In this document: piece after piece, positions 46,907 to 59,600 of the stretch
Layout: the number at the start of each line of letters is the position of its first letter
Position numbering within the stretch: the first letter of the stretch is position 1
Assembly: GCA_036630325.1 (NCBI GenBank)
Contig: CP142728.1
Span: 806,001 to 870,000, forward strand
Direction: 5' to 3'
Source: Vairimorpha necatrix
Lineage: Eukaryota
Length of the DNA stretch: 64,000 nt
Program-made: the position numbers and the translations under genes
Notes under the pieces: generated by a model
Database searches by the model: none
What the model was told of the DNA's origin: nothing
What the model saw: only the letters and a program-made list of their open reading frames with translations

Positions 46907-49089
46907 AATATATTTGTGGAAATAGTCCTCCTGAATACTGGAGCATGGCAAACATGATTTGCCTTCACAAAAAAGGAGATGAGACAGATCTGAATAATTA
47001 TAGGGGATCTCCTTAATTAACACAATTAGTAAGATCTATCTCAAGATAATTAACGACAGATTGACACAATTTGTTGAAGAAAATAACATCATCTCTAAAT
47101 ACCAAGCAGGATTAGAGAAGGCTAAGAATGTATGAACCAAATTACTATCCTACTTGAAGTAGTAAGAAGAAGAGAATTCAGAGGCGTGAACACAGTGATG
47201 TGTTTCATAGACTTTGAGAAAGCTTATGATGATGTAAGTCATGACTTATTATTTAGTAAGCTAGAAAATCTAGATATCCCCAGGTATTTGATAAATACAA
47301 TAAAGGATATCTATAAAAGCACCACCATGCGAATAAAAATCGTCGGGGAAACATCAAGTGGCTATAACTACAGAAAAGGGGCGAGGCAGGGGTGCCCCTG
47401 TTCTCCAATGCTGTTCAATATATTCATAAGCGATCTTTTGATGACATAGATGGTGTCTTGATTCAAAGATCAAATACAAGAGTTCCAGGACGGATGTTCA
47501 CCGATGATATCGTTGTCTTTGGAAACAACATTGATGATCTAGAAAATAAGATCAAAAGAATTTCGAAATGGGCAGTTGACAACAGAATGAAAATTAACTG
47601 CAAGAAGAGTGGAGTATTAGAATGGAATGTTAAATCTAATATTCAAGAAATTAGAAGTTTGTATTCCATCAATACAGACTTTGGCATGATTGAAGAAGTC
47701 ACAGAATATAGATATCTATGTGTTTTAATAAAGGAAACGCACTTGAAGAACATTTGGTCAGAGACGCGGCAATGCGTGGATCGAAACCCCTAGACGCCCT
47801 GATGCCTAAGTTGATGAATAATAGCATCAACCTCTATTTAAAGGCGATCTTAATAAAATGTTTACTAGTACCCACACTAATGTATGGTAGTGAATTGTGG
47901 GGAATGTCAAGTACAAGAGCAGGTAAGATTAACAGGATCTTAAGAAAATCAATGAGGATGATATTCAAACGAGTATTAGCTCCCCTAGATAGATTATTGG
48001 ACGAATTCAGTATCGAACGAATTCATATACAAGCAGCTTTAAGTAGATTTAGAGATACAACAAGTGGAAACACAATAAGACAATAATATCGGATATAATT
48101 GCAATCAAACCGAAAGAAAGAAAAACTACCTGATGTTAAAGAACACAAAGATGGTTAAAACGATTTGTCGGCAACGAATACGAATCAAGTGATAGTAGAT
48201 TTATCACTTCAAAAATAATTGATGTACTAAGAAGTCGAGAACTCTAAATACTTCCTTAGCTGCATCAATAGCAAATCAATATGACATAAGAAATTCACAA
48301 ATAAAATATGTCATGAACAAAATAAATAATAGAAAAATTAGAACATATACTAGATTGAGATGTAATCTAGTAAAGTGGTCCTCAGCAATAACCAATTCAA
48401 AAAGAATATCTATGAGTTATAGAAATAAATGCTTTTTGTGTGATGGACCACAAGAAAATTTAGAACACTTTCTGCTAGAGTGCGTCTGTTTAACTGACAT
48501 TAGAACATCTTTTGAAAATAAACTGCCTCTACTGACTTGTTCAAAAACAAATAACCAAGAAAAAACCAAATTACTTCTTGGTAATAAAATCGGATTAAGA
48601 AACAACCCAGATAAGATAAAAGAACTCTGTTGCATAAAAGACTACTTAGACAAGATGGTTGTCTCTGGAAGAATTATATTTAATAACAAACTTAAAGAGA
48701 TAACAAAACAAGATAATTAATATAGAATAATTAAAAAATGTAGATCTAGAAATAGAAGAAAGAGGCGTTGATTTATTAACAAGAAGACTTATACTTAATT
48801 ATATTTGACCTGGGAGAGGTCGGCCATGATACTGATGCTGTATTGTTCCGCTGAACTGAGTCGTGTTCTTAAATGGTGTATTGAGCCAGGCGTTTTCGTT
48901 TTTCATCAGACCCATGAAAGTGGGTCTCTAGTCATATTATGACTAAGGATGTATCCTATGGGGACAAACTTTTCTCCTACAAGCGAGGCAGTTAAGGTAT
49001 GCTGGCGTGTAAACGCGATTATTGATGTTTTTCTTATTGGTGGAGTTTTTGGTGGCTTAGTGGCTTTTCTTCGTTTTGCTGATTCTGTC

Positions 49090-52000
49090 TGTCACGGGAC
49101 AGCTCTCCAGTGGTCCTAAGCCTACCATGGAGGCCAGAGAATACTAGTATATAGAAAGTCTCCTCTTTATTTTAATCATGTTCTGGAGGGAAAATGTACC
49201 ACATTTTCCCGCCCATAAACATAAAAGAAAATCATCCCTAGAAGGGTATGAAGAAATCTAATAAACAGTTTAACAGTAAAGATTCTTCGAGGACTGTTGG
49301 ACATACAACAGTCCAAAATGGTGGTAACGGTAGCGGGGATGAGAACAACAGCTTTAATCAGTTGGCCTCACTTATGAGAAAGTTATGTCTGGGTAATAAA
49401 TGGCTTAAGTTTAATGGAGAAGATCCAAAACAAGCGGAAGAGTTTATTAACCAATTTAGAGAGATCGAAGACGTATATCCTCAAGATAAAACTTTAGACA
49501 TTGCCAAGTCTCAACTGAAAGGCAAAGCACTTATCTGGTTTAAAGCATATGAGGGGGGGGGAAATCACGGATTATAAGTCGTTCATTCGATACTTTAAAA
49601 AAAAAATATATGAAAGAGAAACTTACAGAAGACACAACCGACATGTTTATGCATCTCTATGTCGAAGGCCCAAAAGAAAACGATATTCTTAGTTACGCTT
49701 ATGTCCTGAAGACATGTTCAAAAAGAAACGAAGAGTACTTCTTGAGATCAAAGATAGCAATCGAGAAAAACTCCCCAGAAACGATAAAGGAGTCAATTGC
49801 AGATACAACAGACTGGATGGAGTTACTAGAACTCTTGGGAAAAAACAAAATATTATTAATTACTACTTAAAAAAGAAAAGAAATTGGTCGAGAATCCCAC
49901 GTAACGAAGCGCCCTTGCAGGAAAAGAAGTATACTAAAACTTATACGGAAAAATCAGTGAATCCTAAGACTGCATTACACCTGAAGGTAGGTAGAGTGGA
50001 GACCCCAAAACAAAAGATATTCGGCCAAGGATAAAACTCTTTTCAGAAAAATCAACCATTTCAGCGCCCATTGATACGGGAGCCCAGATTAATTTGATGA
50101 GTAAAGACACAGTCCAACTCTTAGGTCTAGACACAAAGAAAGGCATACTGAACATAGAAGGAGTAGGTGGGAGTGTTAAATCAAAAGAAATGGTAAAATT
50201 TATGGTCAAGAGATCTATAAACAAGAAAAACGACATGTTAAAAGCGTATGTTGTTGATAATTTACAAGAGGACCTTATTATCGGCATTGATGATGCAATT
50301 GCTTTGAATTTGTTAAAAATGCTTGACAAAATGGAAAACGCAGTGATAACGAAAACTATTCTCACAACAACTACAGAAGAGATTGGGACCTTTACACCAG
50401 ATATCGGAGATGAAACAATGCTTTCTGACGAAAAAGAAAAATTCAATAAATTGATTTTGAAGTACTCAGAAATTTTCCACAATAAAGACCCCCAATCAAG
50501 TTTAGACATTGAACACGCGATAGAATTAACAAGTGACGTCTCGGAAATTAAAAATATTCAATACAGAAGATCGCCTGAACAAAATAAGATCATAGAAGAT
50601 AAAGTTCAAGAATTTTTGAAGAAAGGATTTATTGAGAACAGTGATTCGGATTATACTTCCCCGGTCGTGTTGGTCAAGAAACCTGACGGTGATTTAAGAT
50701 TTTGTATTGACTATAGAAGACTCAATAAAATCACGAAAAAAATGATCTACCCAATCCCTCTCATATAAGAAACTATCGAAGAAATCCAAGGAGCTTCTAT
50801 ATTTACGGTATTAGACTTAGAATCAGGATATCACCAAATAAGAATTCGCCCCAAGGATAGATACCTAACGGACTTTAGGAGTAGATCGGGAACTTTTCAG
50901 TGGGTCAGGATGCCATTCGGGCTAGTAAATGCGGCCTTTACATTTCAAAAGATAATGAACTCAATAATATCTCCATACTTACACAAATTCGTACAAGTAT
51001 ATCTAGATGATTTAATGATATATTCAAAATCAATTAAAGAACATCTAAAACATTCAGAGGCAGTATTTAAAATATCAAATAAGTTGAAACTGAAAGTTAA
51101 TAAAAAAAATGTAGAATCGCTAAGAACTCAGTTAAATTTCTAGGGTATATGATAGATAAAGACGGGATTAGCATACCTTTAGAGCAGCAGACAAAATGTT
51201 TACAGTTAAAAACACCAACGACTCTCAAAGAAACTAGAGCCTTCATTGGCTTTACCAACTATTTTCGGAAATTTGTAAAAAACTATACAGATATCATGGC
51301 TCCAATTTATGAATGCTTAAAAAAGGGGAAATTTGAGTTCTCCGAAGATGCGAAAGAAAGTGTATCTAAGATAAAGCAAATTATCACGAGCTCGCCCGTT
51401 CTTAAATTACCAGATTTTAACAGAAGGTTTATATTATATACTGACGCATCTAATTTGTATATAGGAGCAACATTGATGCAGGATTACGAAGGAATTGAGA
51501 TGCCCGTTTATTTTATATCAAGAAAACTAAATACGGCAGAGATTAATTATACGGTTACTGAGAAGGAGTGTCTTGCCATAATATGGAGCATAACGCAATT
51601 CAGAATATACCTTACAAATACGTTTACGATCCGAACAGACCACCAAGCACTTAAATGGCTACTCGGTTTTAAAGAGAGCACAGGAAGGTTAATGAGGTGG
51701 ATCCTAACTTTGGAAAATTACTCATACGAAATTGAATATATTAAAGGAAAGGATAACGTTATTGCTGATGGATTGACCAGATTTGTACACACTGTAAACA
51801 AGAACAAGGTACCAGAAATACCCATAGAAAATCGGAAAGAGCTGATATTAAAATGTCACGAAGAATGTGGACATGGAAGTCTATTTCCAACATATACACT
51901 AATACTTAACGAAGCACAGTGGAAAGGGATGTACTCGGATATAAAGAGTGAAATAGAAAAATGCCATGTATGTTTGAAATTCAATCCCAAAAGATTACCT

Positions 52001-53097
52001 AAAGAACATCATAGAATTCGTCTAAAGGAACCATTTTCCCTAGTGGTTATCGATATCGTAGGTCCATTACCTAAATCAGAAAACGGAAAGGTGTATTTAA
52101 TAGTAGCTACAGACTACCTAACCAGATGGTGTGAAGCAAAGGCCGTGAAGAATAAGACGGCAAAAATGGTAGCTAAATTTATTTTCGAAGAGATTGTATG
52201 TAGACATGGGCCTCCAAACGAACTACTATCAGACAGGGGACTTGAATTCTTAAACATTACAGTCAAAGAAATATGTAGAATCTTCAATACACGAAAATCT
52301 TTTACTTCGTCTTATCATCCACAATGTAACGGTACAGTAGAGAGAACTAATCAATCTCTTGTAGCGAAACTGGCCAAAATTACAAACGGAAGATGGAAGG
52401 AATGGGACGAATACCTAGAGCTGGCTCTATATGCTTATCGAATCTCTCCAAGAAAAATAACAGGGCATTCCCCATTTGAATTGTTGTATGGACGTAAACC
52501 GCAGACATGGGAACAGATAAGTGAAGAGTTAATACCAATAGAACCCAATTTATTAATATTCGAAAGGCTAAAACGGACCCGAGAAATTATGCTTCAAGCA
52601 GAAAGAGAAGCACGGGAAAGAGAAATGGGAAGTGTGAAAGAACAAACATTGAAGGTAGGTGATATAGTATTGAGACGTAAACCTCCCATTAATATAAAAA
52701 ATAAATTAGACAGTAAATTTGAAGGTCCATATACTATAACAAAAATCGGCAGGAAAGGCGCGTATGAAATAGTAAGTCCAAATACCGTGGTTTTCTCAGT
52801 GAATCAGAAGGATCTAAAGAAGATGGATGTTGAAATGGAAACATGGGAGCCTCTAAAGGAGGGGGGAGTGTCACGGGACAGCTCTCCAGTGGCCTTACGC
52901 CTACCCTGGAGGCCAGAGAATACTAGTATATAGAAAGTCTCCTCTTTATTTTAATCATGTTTTTGGAGGGAAAATGTACCGCATTTCCCCGCCCATAAAC
53001 ATAAAAGAAAATCATCCCTAGAAGGGTATGAAGAAATCTAATAAACAGTTTAACAGTAAAGATTCTTCGAGGACTGTTGGACATACAACAGTCCACA
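49090..53097 (+). mobile_element. Ty3/gypsy retrotransposon (sister family), about 228-bp LTRs, TSD CTGTC, disrupted gag-pol
   Basis: LTRs 49090-49317 and 52869-53097; CTGTC at 49085-49089 and 53098-53102; PBS TGGTGGTAACGG; PPT AAAGGAGGGGGGAG; IDTGA, YLDD, RNaseH and integrase. Confidence 0.95.
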
Positions 53098-53136
53098 CTG
53101 TCTTTTTACAATAAACAATTTTAATTTTATTTTTTT

Positions 53137-54159
53137 GGCTAAAGTAACCTTTAGCACACAATTTTCGATATAGGGTTTTTTTTGTTTTTTTTGCCCCTTT
53201 TTTTCAAAAATGGAAGAAAGAAAATGTGGAGGAAGAAACAAAAATAAAAATTAAAACAATAAATTTATTAATGCTTCAAACACAGAACTAGAATAGTTTC
53301 TTTGGATCATGTACCTAAATAAATAAAGCTTGGCACTGCATGATGACCTATTTCTATTAAAAATAGCATTTTTGAGGGAACGCCAATTACCTTCGATGGT
53401 ATTGGTATGAACACCAGTATTGGGATCTCGAAAGTGCAACGAGTAATTAACCATATGGTGTTCTTTAAATATGGTCCTCAAAGAATGATAAGCCTTCCAC
53501 ATATCACTATGTATAGTACTTTTTGTACTTACAAATTTTAATAAATGACCCGTAAGAGTTTCTTTATCTCTTTTTTTAATATATAACACTAAAATTCTAC
53601 GTTTGATGGTACGTTCTATCATACCGAAACACCAAAAACCCTTCACTAATTTTCCTCTGTTATGTTTATTCTTTCCTATTTTAGTTTCATCGATTTCTAC
53701 AACAACATCTTCCCCGCCTATCTTACTAAAAGAAGATAAATATTTGTCATAAATGTTTATTTCTTTTAATTTTGTTAATATAAAGGACATAGACTTTTTG
53801 GTACAACCTAACATTTGACAAATATATTTACGTGGATAACCAAGAATCCACAGATTAAGTATTTGTAATATTGTTATATGATTAAGGTGAGAACATTCAA
53901 AGAAAGAATCTTTCCATATAGAAAATGACTTTTTGCAATCCTTCCAAGTACATATAAATAAGCCTTTCCCTTTACGTTGTACTCGAATCCTAGATGTACA
54001 ATTATCACAAACAGTAGGTTGTCTTTTTATTGATAATTCATTATACATTGCTTCAGTTCATCTCTTGTCCAAATTCTTTCTTCCATTTTTGAAAAAAAGG
54101 GGCAAAAAAAACAAAAAAAACCCTATATCGAAAATTGTGTGCTAAAGGTTACTTTAGCC
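53137..54159 (-). mobile_element. Merlin DNA transposon with about 86-bp TIRs, TSD ATTTTTTT
   Basis: GGCTAAAGTAACCTTTAGCACAC... inverted at both ends; TSD at 53129-53136 and 54160-54167. Confidence 0.95.
53251..54048 (-). CDS. Merlin/ISXO2-like DDE transposase (open, 265 aa)
   Basis: N-terminal CxxC..CxxxxC, IGGEDVVVEIDETK, WCFGMIER, IHSDMWKAY, HTNTIEGNW. Confidence 0.92.
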   Translation of the reverse strand: MYNELSIKRQPTVCDNCTSRIRVQRKGKGLFICTWKDCKKSFSIWKDSFFECSHLNHITILQILNLWILGYPRKYICQMLGCTKKSMSFILTKLKEINIYDKYLSSFSKIGGEDVVVEIDETKIGKNKHNRGKLVKGFWCFGMIERTIKRRILVLYIKKRDKETLTGHLLKFVSTKSTIHSDMWKAYHSLRTIFKEHHMVNYSLHFRDPNTGVHTNTIEGNWRSLKNAIFNRNRSSCSAKLYLFRYMIQRNYSSSVFEALINLLF

Positions 54160-54168
54160 ATTTTTTTT

Positions 54169-54410
54169 GTCGTGTAATTAAATGGTGTATTGAACCAGGC
54201 GTTGTGTTTTCGTCAGGTCCGCGAAATATGTAGTCATAGATGACTAAGGATCTGTTACCTACGGCAACAAATTTTTCTCCTACAAGCGAGGCCGTCGAGG
54301 TATGCTGGCGTGTAAACGCAATTATTGATGTTTTTCTTTATTGGTGGGTTTTTTGGTGGCCTTCTTCGTTTTGCTGATTCTGTCTTTTTACATAAACAAT
54401 TTTATTTATT
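54169..54410 (+). mobile_element. 5'-truncated copy of the SINE/SIDE-type tail
   Basis: GTCGTG..TAAATGGTGTATTGAACCAGGCG..TCAGGTCCGCGAAATATG matches units 1 and 2 rather than the LINE variant; ends CATAAACAATTTTATTTATT. Confidence 0.85.
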
Positions 54411-55642
54411 AGATTAGAACAGCCTCGGTCAAACCAAAAAACCAAAATACGATTCTGAATGAAGGGCGGACTTACAATTTTAAAGATCTAATTTACAGGT
54501 GGAATACTATTTCTATAAATGAATAAAATATCTAGAATAGGTTTTTTTATAATTGTATTTTTATATCTACACATCAAAAAAATTCATTAAATTATGTAAA
54601 TAAATGATAAAACAAATTAGTTGCTTATGTTATCTAGTTTAAAAACAATTTTTTTTGCTATTGTTTTTTATCATATTTTTTTAAAATAAACCCAATTTTA
54701 TTTAATGTCGTAAACCGATGATAGGAAATTTTATATGTGCTAAAAATAAAACTTAGTACACGAATATTTTTTCTGCATAATTTGAATTCAATGGTCAATT
54801 TTAATCATTCATTTTGCAATTATTATATACAGTTATTGATTATCATGAGCAGGGAATGTATTTATATGTATAATAAACAGATAGAATATAAATTTCTATC
54901 TAGAATATTAGAGGAAGCACCCTCTCCAATTAAGCTATGTGTATTGTAATTCTATACGATAAAACATTTTGTACGTATAACACTAACATTGTTCACAATT
55001 TTAACATAAGTATTGTCATCCATTTTGGATTATTGGTCTTGATTTTGTTTAGCAAATATTTTATTGAATTAACAGAAATTTTTGTTTATGAAATAATTGC
55101 GCAAAACTAACTTATCTTTTTACATATAATAAATAAACAAAATACTGGGATACTGTGGTGTTAGCACCAGGGAGGCGGCCTGTTTGTAAATAGCACTCGA
55201 TGGTGCTCCTCCCTGCAATATGTATATGAATATTATAATAGTAATATTGTATATTTATTAAAGAGTGTTCTCTTGTCCTTCTCATGTTGATCGACCTTAG
55301 GGGTAAAATAAAAGGAAAATATTTATAATAAATATTTTCTAGAAAAAGATTATTTAAAGGGAATAAAAAATAAAGTAATGTGGTAAATAATACCACAGAT
55401 ACATATATATATATATATTTTAGTTTTAAAAAAAACACTTTTTAATCTCATATTTTGAATTTATAAAAAATGCACGCATATGTGTATATGTCTATTAAAC
55501 TAAACATTAATTAAATAACACAGGTATATACAGAGCATTTTAATAAACAACAGATGTTATTTGTTGTCTAAAGTGTATAACATAAAGTGAAAGATTGAAC
55601 GAAATACAATTATAAGAAGCAACATAGTATTTTATTTTTAAA

Positions 55643-55712
55643 AGAGCTTTAGCCTAGTGGTCAGAGGCGAAGCTCGCTATTGACGTGTTAGGTTCGAATA
55701 CATGTGGCTTTA
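55643..55712 (+). pseudogene. tRNA-like sequence (pseudo-tRNA or SINE head)
   Basis: A-box TAGCCTAGTGG and B-box GGTTCGAATAC at tRNA-like spacing; anticodon and T stems pair poorly. Confidence 0.45.
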
Positions 55713-56509
55713 AAGGAGTTTTACTTTTGATAAGGCAGTTGGAACAGTTAAAATTCTGAAAATGTACATGACAAAATTAATTTTTCTAATGAAATTAAAT
55801 GCGTATAGCCATAAAAAGATAGGAATCATGTGTTGAAACGCATTTTATGGACGAAAACCACATCACGCTTGTGATAATGTATCAATAAAAATAAATATCA
55901 GCAATAAATGGTCTAGTTGGGACTACAAAGTCAACTGGGTTTTGTTTCAAAAGCTAACCTGCAGATTTAAAATGGAGCAAAAGTCTACCCACGAGCCCCG
56001 TTCTATCGTATTCTGTAACACACGACAGAAAGTAATAAAGACTAACGGCCAACGCTCCCCAATAAAATGCTGGGCTGGTGATGTGGCGGGGTATAGGAGG
56101 CGTATGTGGATGCAGATGATTTTAGACACCTTGAGCTTGTACGACAGTGTCTTCATTCAAGATATTAAAATTATTTCCTTTAAGTTTCCCCCGGTAGGGT
56201 CATTCTAGACGCGATTTGAGATCTAAATAAAAAGTTCTTTTTGAGCCAAGTCTAATGGTTACGGCAATGATTTCTACACCGACATGTATAAGGGATGTTT
56301 CGCGAGCAAGAATCAAACATCGCCGCTTTTAAAGAGCCACTCCCAAATAATTCTGGTCTCTGGGTGGGGTTATATCTACCACTTACAAGCAAAGAAAAAC
56401 ATGAATTTTCAATGTCTTAGTGGGGGTTCTTCGCTTTTTTAATAGTATTTTTACACTTTAATTGTTATTTTATTTTTAGGATTCTACAGTTCACTGGAAT
56501 AAGTTTTTA

Positions 56510-56655
56510 CACTACAGGCGAGGCCGTTAAGGTATTCTGGCATATAAGGCAATTACTAATGATTTTTCCATTTAGGTGGAGTTTTTATCTTCTTTGAGCT
56601 TTTCTTCCTCAGTTGATTGTGTCTTTTTTACATAAATATTCTAATTTTATTTTTT
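56510..56655 (+). repeat. Old diverged copy of the LINE/SINE 3' tail
   Basis: CTACAGGCGAGGCCGTTAAGGTATTCTGGC...GGTGGAGTTTTT...GTCTTTTTTACATAAA..(T)n. Confidence 0.75.
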
Positions 56656-59600
56656 ACAATTCCGTCTTTTTTACAGTAAACATTTTTATTTATATTATTT
56701 TTATGTAATGTAGTTTTACAAGTAAAATTAGAAATTTTGTTGGTTGGTTTTTTTTCGAGGACTTTGTTGTTTAATGAACGTTCCATGAATTTAAAAAGTA
56801 TAAAAAGAAAAAAAATTATCAGAAATTATGAATGGGTCAGAGTCTAGATGTCAATGTCCATGACACAGTAAAAGCATGGGGTTACACTATGATGCAGTGT
56901 ATACTATAAATGAAATCTGAACCAGTTCATATGAAGATATGACTTGTTTTTCCAACTTCTCATGTGTATCAAATTTTCTCTATATGCGTCGTTTTTCCCT
57001 AAAAAACTTTAGAACTATTCTTATAATATTCGTTTTATTTATGCGAATTTATGAAAGTTGCTTTTTTTCTGTATTAGATATTCAAAATTTTATCCAGTTT
57101 ATGGCTTTGAATAATCATCTTCCCCCATTAATGTTTAAAATTAATTTCCAATCCATTTATAAATTAGAATAATTGAATTTCTTTTATTTAAAACAAAATC
57201 TTCATAATATAAGACTCAAGAAAACTATTTTCCGTGATATTTTAGATCATCATATATTTATGTGATATTCTTGTGGAACGTTAGATGTAGTTATAGCCCA
57301 AAAAATATGTTTTTTTTCCAAACAAATACTCATATCGTACTTAATGTCTTTCATTTATTTTCTTGTACGTTCAAGAAATAGCAGCTAACTACAAAGAAGC
57401 TTTTAGTAATGGCACCAATAATTATTTTTTGTAACTGTTTATGTAGACTTTCAAATATTGCATTCCCTTAAAACATCCAAGCCTCATTTCAAAATCATTT
57501 AAATATCGATATTATCCACACAATTTACCCTGCCTATTGTTTTCAATATGTCTAATTTTTCTTTAGTGCTTCATTTTTACGTCACATTCACTCATCTGTA
57601 ATTATTTTACAAGGGTCCGTTAGTTAAGTATATTTCACCAACGTGCTTCATAGATAATAATAGAAATATTGTAAGAGTCTATTTGGCCCATTGCTATATC
57701 ATCATATTTTATAAGTATTAGGAAACATAATTAAATGAAATAAATGCATGATATTGAAGAAATTAGTTTTACTAACCTTACACTGGAGAAAAAAATTATA
57801 TATGTATTTTTCAAGCTCTAATAAGAAATTAAAGGGCTCTATCACATAGGAATTTTTAAATTAAGAATGTCGTAGCTCTATTTACAACATCGTTATACAT
57901 CAATTTGTTTTACATTATTTCCAAAATGATTATAGAAAAAAAATGAAATGTGGGGTTCTTCTAATGTGTAAAATCGAGGTTTTTTTTTGCTAGATTAAAT
58001 TAGGACGGATTGCAAAAAAAATGATACTTAAATATTCTTGTAAAAGAATTTTAAAAAACTATGATAATGTACACTTAAACAGAATTGATTATTGTCTTTG
58101 GTTTTTGACTCTAAAATCACAAAACAGTAAAAAAATTACATGAAAACAATATAACAAAAGAAATAATTTGAGCATATAGTCGAAACGCAAGTTAAAAACC
58201 AAATATTATACTATAAAACCTTTATGTCTGTTTTGAAAGGTGAATTACATAATGTAATTTATTTTTAAACATGACTGAATTATATATTAGATTATTTGCA
58301 CAAGATGTTCTATTAGTGTGCTAGTTTTTTTAGGTTCAATTCAAAGTTCAATGAATTGTTCCCAAAGAAAAAGATTTTACAAATAGTTAATATTGTAAAT
58401 TATGCCTGCTTTATTTATGTATAGGTATAGTTATATGATCGAATAAGAATATTCAAACATTTATTGAATTTTTGTTTTTGGTTAATACATAGATATTTAG
58501 AATATTTCTGTAGGACTGATTTTATTCAATATGTTAAAAATACGTGGGGTATATTGATTTATTCACTAAAATATATGCGAACATGCAATCATAAAAATTG
58601 AAACAAATTAATGAAGTGATTTAAAAAAATTTAAACGATCTTTTTTGAAAATAAAACTTAAATAATATATAAAAAAAGGTGACATATAACCCATATGAAT
58701 TTAAAGTATAAAGTGTAAAAACATACAGAATCGTTTGAATAAAAACAATTTGTAGTCTTGTAAACAAGATGGTTGCATAGAATTACATTCGAAAAAAAAG
58801 ATATGACACAACCACTTTTATCTACTAACACTTTATTTGGAATTGCATAGTAATGAAGGTTTTTTATATTTAGCAAGGAAAGGGGGTTTCTTTCTAATTA
58901 CATTTTAGTCTCTTGGCTGTTGCATTCTTATAAATATCGATCAAAAGTAAAAGTTATGATTTTTTATTTAATAACTTTGACTTGTTATTTTATTCTATAT
59001 TAAGTATAACATTATTACTGCAATGAATAACTTTCTTGGCTCTGAATAGGTTGTTAGTTTTTGCTACCGATATTATTGTATATCTATCTGTTTTATACAA
59101 ATATAGGACGGGAGCTTATTAGGACAAGATTTTACATCTCTCCTGCTCAAATAGCGGTACGTCTGGGTTGAATTCAGCGGAAGAATTAAATTAATCCAGT
59201 AAAAAACAATATTCTAAAGAACACTTTGGCATATTGGCCATTATATGTTCGAGTAACGACATAAATACATACAGGGTAGAGGTGTCTTAATTCTTTAAAT
59301 GTTGATCTTTCTGTTTTTATGTAAAAAATCATAGAGAGTATATTCTTAGATAATTTTCATTAGATTCAAAGAAATAGAAACATATTCCATCATTATAAAT
59401 TTGGGAGTTGAAACAGCGATAGGGGCTTTATCATGTTGCTACAGATTGTGTCTTATATTCAAATCTCAGATATAGTGCGGGTTGTTTATACTATATAAGA
59501 ACATTTATATTAATTTTGACCTATCCAAATCTTAACAAATATCTCTAATTTCTCAAATGTTTACTTGTATAAAACAAAAAATAATTCATCTTCTCTATCT

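Larger units (their letters stand above)
39316..53136 (+). mobile_element. LINE copy 2, inactivated and interrupted by two gypsy elements
   Basis: ORF1 39333-41028 (frameshift at about 40450); ORF2 41021-42898 plus 46912-48720 (stops and frameshifts); 3' UTR 48721-49089 plus 53103-53136. Confidence 0.92.

Noticed and set aside
48890-48930. Minus-strand CTGATGA..GAAA hammerhead-like core in the LINE 3' UTR
   Set aside because: Stem II cannot form (AAAAC), and the core is not conserved in the other tail copies.
42755-50768. Genome-wide TAA-to-Glu code reassignment
   Set aside because: TAA terminates intact genes here (EnP1-like, ORF2, pol, Merlin), and homologous copies have GAA at most such sites.
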